DNA of 64,000 bases from Octopus vulgaris (taxonomy: Eukaryota), in assembly GCA_951406725.2 (NCBI GenBank), contig OX597814.1, positions 57,970,001 through 58,034,000 of the forward strand, written 5' to 3'. The position numbers and the translations under genes were made by a program. This document shows, one piece after another, positions 53,733 to 64,000 of the stretch. The notes beneath the pieces were generated by a model. The model searched no databases and was not told the DNA's origin. It saw only the letters and a list, made by a program, of their open reading frames with translations. Each line of letters starts with the position of its first letter. Position 1 is the stretch's first letter.

Positions 53733-56089
53733 TACTTAGCTTTAGTAAGAAAGTTAGTTAAAGTGAGAACTGTGTCATTACATCAAAACACTTACTTTTC
53801 TCTATGTTTCCCTCTTCTCCAGATTAATGATAACAGGAGTATAATATCTATGCTGATATTTTTTATCCCTACAATACCTGTTTATATAAACATATACAAA
53901 CACACAACATACTCGGACAGTCGTAGCTCATTCAGTTGCTCGGTAATCCGATTACTAATTCAATGTCAGAGTAGTGTAATCTATTCACATGCGTGCTTAT
54001 CTCTTAATCAAAGTGATTAAATTTCATAGCTTTGACCAGAACCCATGTTGCGCTAAAGAAATAATTGAAGTGTTTTATCACAATTTGTTTTACATTTCAA
54101 TTTGGTGAGTATAGGAAATATCATTGATTTTGCAAGCAATACAGCATCGGTAGAGACAATATAGTAAACTTGCAACACGAGCTTCAACAGGCTCACTGGA
54201 AGACATGAAGTCGAAACCAATTAGTAACTGTGTAAGTGACAACAGAGAGATGTATTTTGCCAATGTCATCGGAATTAATGTATTTATTGAATGAAAATTA
54301 CCTCGTAAAGCGTGATGCCGTTTTGCTAGATATTTATATGCAGAGTTGGCTATTATAAACGTATACTGAAACCGTGATTTATTTGACATGTATCATTTGC
54401 AACATACTTACAAGTTACAGTTTAGCTATTCATGAGTAAAGATTCAGTATTCTTTAGCGTTTCTGTGATACGTATATATTCCTTTTGTTTTTGATGATGT
54501 TGAAGAAAATTAGCATCGCTATCGGGGTAGGTTTTAAAGATCTTTGGGTTGAAATATACTCAATATCTTATTTTGTCTCCCTGTTCGTCATGACTAAGCA
54601 TCTACTGCGAACCTATGACATAGATTTAGGCATTAAAAGATGAAACGTAAAGAGGTTTTCTTTATGATTGAAAGGTAAATTTACTTCAAACATTTCAGAA
54701 TTATGCGGAACCTTATCTTACTAGAGGTTATTCTTTCATCATCAATATTCTCAACTATTTTCCACTATATCAGTAGTTGAGCGTTTACCGCAACTAATCG
54801 CTTTCATCTTTGTAATTCTGTATTCGATCATTCCAATTTGCGATCTCTACTGCAGTTGTCATGATCTTTGACCTCACGATTCTTTAGCAGCATGCATTAT
54901 ATTCGATTGCTTACAAATTTAATGCTTTTTAACGAAAGAAAGAATGAAATTTTTGCCATCTACACCTTTCTGCAAAACGTTAGGAAAGTGTTTACTTGTT
55001 TTTTTTTATGGAACCCACCTCTCTCATTAGATCGAATTATTTTTCATGACTGATGATTATGTATTTCTAATGTGGGAAAAACACTGCTCATGATTATAAT
55101 AACTTTGTCAATTATATTTCAGTGAGTAAAAACTGAAACCCCGTCACCTGACAATTTTTATTTGCTGTACCACAAATCCATTTCTATTTGCTGTACCACA
55201 AATCCATTTTTTCTGTAAAAATACGCAGCTTAAGAAAAGTATATATCCTTGGTTTCATTCTACTTGGTTTTTAATTCCAATTTCAATATAAGGAAAATAC
55301 GAAAAGTCAATTTAAAACAATGAAAACTTGCTACTTTTTCTAAACCTATTGATCTTTTTCAGTTACTTTTAGCTCAACTAATTATGTCTTTTAGAGAAAA
55401 TTATATTAAATTTTGAAATCGAATATACTGATGACACCCAAAACTGCTTAATTAGATATAATCATTATTTTCTGACATTGCTGTTCAGATCTCATTGTGA
55501 AAAGTCACAATTAATATACAAAAAATATTTATATAAACAAGAATATAGCTCACATGCAATTACAGAAATGTACATGAACACGTTTATGATGTTTTCAATT
55601 TTTTTTTTATAGAAAATAATTTTCCCTTTCATAAATTCAAATGGTTTTAGGAGATCAAGAACTTTCAGTAACACATATTTTCATTGTATATCCCATTCAC
55701 ATAGTCCAACAAAAGCAAAATATTTTCGCTAGTAAACATATATAAACGTGCTTCGGTATAAACGTTAGAGTATAATTATTCACCATGAATCGTTAATGTA
55801 GGTTTCATATTCTTTGCATGTATTTCACGTTGACCATGAACATTGCGCGCGAATGAAACAACTGCGACTGAACGAATATTTTCAGTTGAACATTATATTT
55901 ATATAAATACACGTAGATACACACACATACAAACATAATATGTATGTGTGTGTGTGTTTGTATACATATATATTTATAGATACATAAATATATATATATG
56001 TATATTGTGTGCGTGTGTGCGCGCATGTGTGTGTATGTATTTATATTCACATGCACGCGAATGTATATACACGTGAATGCATGAGTGTA

Positions 56090-56250
56090 AATATGTGGTG
56101 GTACAGTGAGGCCAAATGGTTAAATAGTTTACCTTGCATCCGCGGAGTTTTGAGCTCGATCCCACATTTCTATAGCTTATGATCGAACCAAACTTTGTGA
56201 GTGGAAATTGGTCGACACAAATTGTATGGAAACCCATCATGTGGAGTGTC
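56090..56250 (+). mobile_element. SINE family B, 5' part, diverged
   Basis: 'gagctcgatccc...tttgtgagtggaaattggtcgacacaaattgtatggaaaccc'. Confidence 0.5.
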
Positions 56251-56414
56251 ATTTTAAGTAACTATGTACAGCCTTGTCATGCATTGGTGCAATGGCCAGC
56301 AACTTACACATTAATAAATGAAACCCGTCATCGGAAGACGGAGACCCATTAGCATGTATATAAAAACATACATACGTACATACATACATTCACACATATA
56401 GCGTTCTTATTATA

Positions 56415-56560
56415 GACACAAATCATAAAAATATGGGGGCGGGAGTTGGTCGATTACACCGACCACAGTGCTCAACTCGTAGTTACTTAATCGACTTCGA
56501 AAGGATGAAACGCAAAGACTAGCACGGCGGAATTTGAAAACAGAACTTGAGGTCAACAAA
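56415..56560 (-). mobile_element. SINE family A, diverged
   Basis: 'gtcgattacaccgacc...cgaaaggatgaaacgcaaagac...ggcggaatttgaa'. Confidence 0.7.
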
Positions 56561-57198
56561 CTACCGCCACGATACAGACATACATACATGCACACAGACA
56601 CACACACACACATACACACACACACACACATACACACACATATATATAATGGTTGCTTCCTCATTCCCGAGGATAGGATTGCAATGCTACGTCAAGAAAT
56701 ATCTGCTCATAATGCTTTTTAAAGTGGGATGATGCCTTGGACACACCAATCCAACACTGAGCCACAGCACAAACCCACAAAATAAGTAGCCCTAATCATT
56801 GGTTGCCATAGAGTCGCACGCATTTCATCAGATTGTCCTTCTCCTCCAGCGACGACCTAACAAGGACTATGGATCTTTATTGTGATAGGGATAAAGATGA
56901 ATAAGCTATTTTCTTGACCTTGTTATTTTCTTGTGCCACACTAAATTATAGTAGGTTTTAAGCATTTTCTTCCTAATTTCATTCTGCTACAGTAGCAGTC
57001 AGTAATATAATTCTTTGATTCTATAGTTGTGATGAAAAATTTACTAAAAATTATAATGGAGCATCTATATGTTGAAAACGTATATGATCTTATGCACCCG
57101 GGGGAGCGGTTTATTTCAAATTGATGTAAAGCTTGCACTGATAGATTAAGTGGTGCCGTTTGAGACGGCCGTAGTGTATCCTTGTTACTTATTTGTTT

Positions 57199-57333
<135 letters not shown>

Positions 57334-57595
57334 TACATATATATACACATATATACATATTTATAAATATATAATTGATATAGGATAAAATTTTTTTTTT
57401 CGGGAAAAAATTTTTATCAATGGCCAGCATATCAAAAACATGCCTTTAAAGGTAAAATTTATACATAATTTACAAGATAAGGGAAGAAGAAAAATTATAA
57501 TGCCAGATAAGACGAAACAAAAAATTTGTCGATAACCATTAAATTTATGCGTCTCGAAACAAACCGATAGAAATCTCTAAAAAAATTCGTTATTA

Positions 57596-57650
57596 CCGTA
57601 TTGGTCCAATTTCAGGGTTAATTTACAAGAAATTTTCCCCTCTTCAGCGG
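57596..57650 (-). ncRNA. Type-I hammerhead ribozyme with intact catalytic core
   Basis: minus: ccg-CUGAAGA-gggg aa aauuu(cuugu)aaauu aa cccu-GAAA-uuggaccaa-UA-cgg; every core nucleotide is canonical. Confidence 0.85.
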
Positions 57651-58171
57651 CACATACGCGAGATATAAATGAAATACTTATTCATACCCACGGAAAAGGC
57701 AAGCACCAAGTCCCGAGCAGACTTAAGTACCCCAAATATATCCAAAATAGAAAAGTTATGCGGTGGATTTAGCTGATTGGTGATATTAACTCCGAATCTT
57801 GACTGATTCAGAGAGGATCAAAACGAAAATTACCGCTCATAAGAATTGAATTAAATTGTAAAGAACTGTATGCTATTTTGCCTCTCTCTAAAATATCTTT
57901 CAAACCACCGCCTCAGTTAAAATATTTACATTGTGAAAATATTGACTGAATTTAAAATATTGGATTTTATGGCTGCACTAGGCATACAAACAATCAATCA
58001 CTTTCGCTTAATGAAGTAGCTAAACAAATGTTACTGCACGTCATAGTTCAGTCAAATTATATTAAAGTACGTTGTACACATTCTCGTATGTAGGGTGGAA
58101 ACTACACATCCATTACCAATGTTTCTATTCTTAAAAATTTCAGCCACGAATTTAAATATGTCTTTAGCTCG

Positions 58172-58248
<77 letters not shown>

Positions 58249-58267
58249 CATTGGGTGTGTCTATATT

Positions 58268-58367
58268 NNNNNNNNNNNNNNNNNNNNNNNNNNNNNNNNN
58301 NNNNNNNNNNNNNNNNNNNNNNNNNNNNNNNNNNNNNNNNNNNNNNNNNNNNNNNNNNNNNNNNNNN
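58268..58367. other. Assembly gap (100 N)
   Basis: run of N. Confidence 1.
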
Positions 58368-59644
58368 ATATTTTTAATACGGCACCTATTGTACTTCTAC
58401 TGAAATGGTAAAGGGAGCATTGTTAAGAACTGAAGAGTATTTTCTATGCTTAGGTTCACTTGCTTTCAAGCTGCATCCACCGAGGAAATGCAAACGAATA
58501 TTATGATTTTGTCTGTATTGGATTAACATAAAGCTGATGAAAAATGAAATATTAATAATAATGTGGATAATATTTTATTCATTTGACAAATGACAAAAGT
58601 TTAAAAGAGAGCAACAATATACACCTAGACATTGCTGTGGCGACAATCTCACTGATCAAACATGGTTAAAATAAGTAACGAAAGAAGACATAACTTATGC
58701 GTAGACAGTGCAATAAGTAAAAAGAAAATCTCATTTTAACAACATAAATTCGTACATACAATGACTTAAAGGGACAAAAAATTTATCTTGTTATATGAAG
58801 CCAAAGAATTTAAAATAACAACAAAATATGTTGCAACCTGTCCATTAAGATTTGTTTAACCACCATTAATATATTGCTATACCTCTAAGCAGATTTGTCA
58901 GAAAGTTTTAGCGTAGTTAGATATATATTTGAACTGTCATCTTGCATGTGCTAGACAATAAACAACGCACACTGTATTCATTATTGTCTACTGTCTAGAC
59001 ATTTAGCCATGGGAAAATTAACGTCAACCATTTGAATTGATTGATATTGTAGGTAGAAATGAAACTACGGGAAGGTGACAATAGTTGAATCCGAAGTTTC
59101 GACAATCATGCATTTCTCAAACATAATAATGTAAGTAAAAATGAAATATTCATGGTTGGCAGCTGGAAGCTAACAGTAACTTGCTTTTCCGGTGAATTAA
59201 TCCATGCAATCTTGAGTTCATAATATGAAAACTCTCTCTCTATCTCTCTCTCTCTCCCTATCTCTCTTTCCCCATCTCTCTCTCTTTCATTCACACTCAA
59301 AAACACAAACGTACACACATAGCAAAAATGCAGAAAGACAATCCAACATATACATAAACACCAGCATTCTCTCTTAATCTCTGCTTATTCATTCAACCAA
59401 TGTACATATAATAGTGATAGAGAGACAGAAAGTACGACAGAATCTATGAATAGAGGCAGCTATAGCGGTGGTGGAAAAGCCATAGAGAACGTCGTAAAGT
59501 GTTGGGGTGAGCAACTTCAGGACAATACGTTCCGTGCGGTGTAGTATATTTGTATGGGTATACGCAGTAACATCTCAGATTTACAGGCAATACTGTATTT
59601 TCAGTGGCATCCGATGTTTGTGAGGGAGTGTGAACTAGTAATAC

Positions 59645-59880
59645 ATGTGTTGCACTCACGCTTGCGAGAACTTAGTTTTAATTCTTGGAAGAGTTGGCAC
59701 GTTGTGCTATAAGGAAAACACTTCATATAAACGTTGTTCTACGATCACTTCGTCACCTGACCCGTGGTACCCCGTGCACCTATTCAGGCAACGTTGATTT
59801 GCTGGAGGTAGTAGGCTAATGTATATCACATGCATTAGCGCATTTGTGCAGGCTGTTCATCAAGAAATTGCAGAACCATA
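59645..59880 (+). mobile_element. SINE family C
   Basis: homologous to 19485-19730 ('cacttcatataaacgttg...gtgcacctattcaggcaacgttgatttg'). Confidence 0.6.
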
Positions 59881-60615
59881 TTTCTCAGAATAACGGAGAC
59901 TGCCATCCTTACACCTGATGTCTTTATAAATGTAGTAGCTTTTGGTTACAGATGTAGTCTTTGATGTATTAAATATATTCATCCACCAAAAGAATTTCAC
60001 CATATAGCTGAGACATACACATATACACACACACCTGCACAGACACATACTTGTATAACCACACACGCTCAAACACACGAACACACACATATATAAATAT
60101 ATATGTACGTAGCGACAATTTTAGAAAGCATATGTAATTAAAAACATATCTCCTAATCAACAATGCTGAGAAATTTTAACACCACACTACACTCAAGTAA
60201 GCCAATAGATAAAACATACACCTATACCAACGAATTAGTGTGTAGATGAATGGTTTTACAATCCAGAGAGACAGACCTCGAATTTAGAGGAATATCATTG
60301 TACGTACAAGATATTGTAAAATTATTTAGTGTGATGTTCAAGAATCACGATAGACTAGGGATGGTTAGATAGTTGATTGAGGAATGGTGCGTGTATTGGA
60401 TGTGCTTTGACTGAGGTGATATGCAAGTGGCTTGAGACTACACCTGTACCAACGAATAAAAATATTAGTGTATAATATTTTTGTAGCAGTCCACGCCTGA
60501 AGGCCATAAACGTGTGAAATTCGACTCACGAGATAAACGTTTCGCTCCTATAAACCACTTACATGTATACATAGGCGAAAACAGACACAATCGTACGCAC
60601 GCGCACACACATATA

Positions 60616-61733
60616 CACAGACAGGGCAGAAGTAAATAGACAGACCATAAAGCATCGTTTTGATTATTTTAGGATGAAAAGGTTTATATTTTTTATTAAT
60701 TCACATTTTTTACGTTTTAGGTTCTATATATCTTGAAACTGTCCGAATAGAGACCGTATTGTAGGTCGATCTAAAGGTGGACTAATTCAGCGTAAAATCA
60801 CAGAAAACCGTAGGATTATTCTTTCTACAGTTAATAGAGTGATTGTGTAATTCACCATAGAGAAGAAGAAGTCAACATCACCTCGTCCAGGTCGAACAGG
60901 CCCCTCTGACAAGACCCTTTGTTTTGTTAAGAGATGTGTAGAGGATATTCTTCGTTGCAAGGCCTCTGACATAGCAAAACAAGTTGACGTCAGTTCCAGT
61001 TAGTTACTGTAGTAGAGCAGCAAGAAGGAAGCCACAATATCAAGCGGAGAAAAGATTGGGTCAGTGAGATGTTAGAGACCACTAGCATTTTGGGACGCTC
61101 TCATATTCTCTGATAAGTCAAAATATGCTGTATTTCTGACAGTGGTCGAGTGTGGACCTGGAGACTGTGATCAAGAATTTGAAGTGCAAAGAATGCACCC
61201 AGCAATGAAACATGTCTGCTATTCTGTGATGGTCTAGGGAGGAATTTGGAGCAATGATCGATCAGAGCTGATGGAATGTGTGAGAAACATATACTCAGAT
61301 AAATATGTTTCCATATTGCAGAAAGGACTCCTTCCAATATTCTCCAGTGCTGAAATGTTTAAAAAAGACTATTTATTTATGGAAGACGGGGCTCCTTCTC
61401 ACGCAGCTAAAAAGACCCTAGATTGATTGGATAAGAATGGTGTTAAAAGGCTTCCATGGCCTAGCCACTGATCAGATATGAACCCTATCGAATACTTCTG
61501 TGGCATAATGGAGAGGACACTTCATAAAAAGAACAAAAACCATCCTCAAACCAGATTTTTTAAAACTTGGCAAGCATACATAACAGGGTCCTTGCATTGA
61601 AAAATGCATAGGGCGTGGTCTACTAAATTTTAGATTTTCTCATTATAATAGCAGATAAATAATTTGAATGTGTAATTTCAGATTTAAATAGACATTAACG
61701 ATTATAAGGCGTCTATTTACGTCTCTCATATGT
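60616..61733 (+). mobile_element. Degenerate Tc1-like DNA transposon
   Basis: SPRPGR (GRPR-like linker); LFMEDGAPSHAAK...VKRLPWPSH*SDMNPIEYFCG corresponds to Tc1 DNAP.H/WPS.SPDLNPIE; degenerate TIRs 'agtaaatagac'/'gtctatttacg'. Confidence 0.85.
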
Positions 61734-61852
61734 GTGTTTATTTATATATATATATATATGCACATTAATCTGTGCATGATGGCATACCATCACACGCTTA
61801 CACACTCATGTGTTTGCGTGTGTGTGTGTGTGTGTGTGCGTGTGTGTGTGTG

Positions 61853-62138
61853 TGGAGGCGCAATGGCCCAGTGGTTGGGACAGCGGACTCGCAGTTGTAG
61901 GATTCTCAAAGCGGGCGTTGTGAGTGTTTATTGAGCGAAAACACCTAAAGCTCCACGAGGCTGCGGCAGGCGGGGGGGGGGGGCGATCCCTGGTGTACTC
62001 TTTTGCCACAACTTTCACTCTTTCTTCTGTTGGCCTGCTCGCTTAGCCAGCAGGGTGGCGTCCTTTGAAGGCTAAAACAATGCGAAGCGGATTGTGACCA
62101 GCGATGTGTAGCAACATCTGATAGCCTGGTCAGTCACG

Positions 62139-62142
<4 letters not shown>
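61853..62142 (+). mobile_element. SINE family D, near full length
   Basis: tRNA-like head 'ggaggcgcaatggcccagtggttgggacagcggactc'; 3' end shared with 6330-6388; ends in (TA)n. Confidence 0.8.
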
Positions 62143-62169
<27 letters not shown>

Positions 62170-63937
62170 CTACATGCGTTGTCATTCAGTTTCTTTATTT
62201 TAACCTAGCCTTATATGATCTATCTCTTAATAGGTCAGCAGAGCAACGTATGATATACACAAAGTACTATTTATTTCTTGTTGATATTTTGCTTAATCAC
62301 AAGTCGGTCACTTACCGAGTAGTTCTATGATGAAAACCATTCGAGACATGGTAATCGCTTCTATTTTGTTATTGCTTTTACTCCAGTTGTTAAGACAGTT
62401 AAATGCAATTTATCTACTTTTTCGATGTAGAGGAATGTGACGCAGAGGGACAAGATAGAGAAAATATGGTATACTAATACAATGTAGAGAAAGTATATAG
62501 AAGTTTCCACACAAATCCGTTCCGGTATATAGTCATGCATTCTTATTCACGAAGTTCAAATCTCGAGGGGTCAAATTTACCTGTGAATATTTCGTTGGTT
62601 ACAAAACATACTGGCTACAATTTAATCGACTATATCTGCCACTCTGAAATGATAAATGGTGGGATTGCGTCTATATATAAATCAAAATTAACTGAAGTGA
62701 GTTGGGGTTGAGTGATAAAATTGTTACTGCATTTGAGTATATAACTTTCACTTTTCTTTCGATTCTTTACCTTCAAATTTAGACTTGGTCAACTTTCATT
62801 TCATCTCTCCAGAGTCGATCAGCAAATTTCTAGTCAAATTTCTTATAAATTGTTGGCCTAGTATCTCTGTCAGATAACATTAGAAATTTTTATGTAAAAG
62901 GCCGGAATTAACACGTATCTCCATATACGATTCAAAATGATATTGCCATAAATTTTGGTAAAAGTTTATGAAGTGTTTACTGGAATTGTATATAATAGTA
63001 CTATTCATATGCGTTCAGTATTTTCCCACTTAGTGATACCTACAATTTATTGACAGATTTCCGTGAGAAAAATACCTACTTTTCATTTGCTCTTTGGGTA
63101 AAGGAGAACAACGCCTCACCACGGAGGATCTATTCTGGGCTCGCAAACATGGTGCAGTTCATATTCAGTTTGAAATTCTGAGGATCGATGTGAAGAGTGC
63201 AATTAATCCATTAACCCTGAAAGCTACAACCTTTATGACAAATGATTAGACAAGAGGATATTGTAACGTAGCATTCTGAAACGAAAGGTCAGACAAGATT
63301 ACGGATGAAAGATAGTAGACCTGAATAAAAAAAAAAGAAATAGACTATCATTATTATATAGGACAACATAGTTTCACGGCAGTTGTGTCAAGACTAAAAT
63401 ACATCATATGTGTAACGTAGAAGGCCTAGTATACAGTGACTCTACAGTGTCATTCAGAAGTAATGTTAAATAGAGTGATGGAAAAGAGAGCGTTGTTTTG
63501 GTGAGTCAGAACGCTACTTTCGCTTCAAGTTTAATAAACAGGGCAGCATAAATTACGACGCCCTGGGTAGATCACTAAAGTCATGAAAAAGAGGAAAGGG
63601 TTGATTAATGAATGAGCTGTTCCAGAACTGACCATTTAAAACAAATGCAATGTTTCATACTTCAAAACTGTACAAAGCATTAATGTAATGGTAATATTAC
63701 CACGAGACACGCATTGAACGTGTACATTTTCTATATACTTGTTGCATTCATAATGTTGCAGTCTAAATGAAGTTATGCCATTAAAGGGAAATACGTTAGT
63801 ATAATGAAAACCTCATGATTACTTAGTGTGTTTAAAGGCAATTACCACCAGACAGCTATTTGGATTTTATGGCAAATGCATTGTAATGGTTTCGTTACCG
63901 ACAAACATGTGCAATACACTATCAACCCCATATACAA

Positions 63938-63989
<52 letters not shown>

Positions 63990-64000
63990 ACATTCAGACA

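Noticed and set aside
54136-54231. Candidate plus-strand exon (gcaag| ... |gtaagt)
   Set aside because: Weak acceptor, stops in all three frames and no recognisable protein
59803-59816. 'gaggtagtagg' resembling let-7
   Set aside because: Only 11 nt match, it lies inside a SINE and no precursor hairpin was seen

Overview
AT-rich eukaryotic DNA with dense (TA)n/(CA)n/(TATG)n microsatellites and one 100-N assembly gap. The SINE families and repeat landscape suggest an octopus/coleoid cephalopod genome; this is inference, not proven. I found no convincing host protein-coding exon, and most ORFs in the track are microsatellite artefacts. The window is a transposon graveyard. Retroelements: four tRNA-type SINE families, RLE-type LINEs (R4/Dong-like, HERO-like), RTE and CR1/L2 LINE fragments, four degenerate Penelope-like elements (PLEs) and a solo LTR. 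DNA transposons: pogo/Tigger, Tc1 and Chapaev3-like. The most interesting signal is a set of short, essentially non-coding elements carrying hammerhead-ribozyme (HHR) motifs, most of them inside (TA)n tracts. These include one fully canonical type-I hammerhead (57596-57650, minus) and two elements with the same A-B-C-A-B(inverted) architecture, whose ~376 and ~481 nt monomers look circularly permuted. There are also two long foldbacks with HHR-like motifs in both arms and a second conserved hairpin motif present in three divergent copies. Together these resemble a family of non-autonomous PLE/retrozyme-like ribozyme elements. Coordinates of degenerate repeats are approximate and were read by eye.
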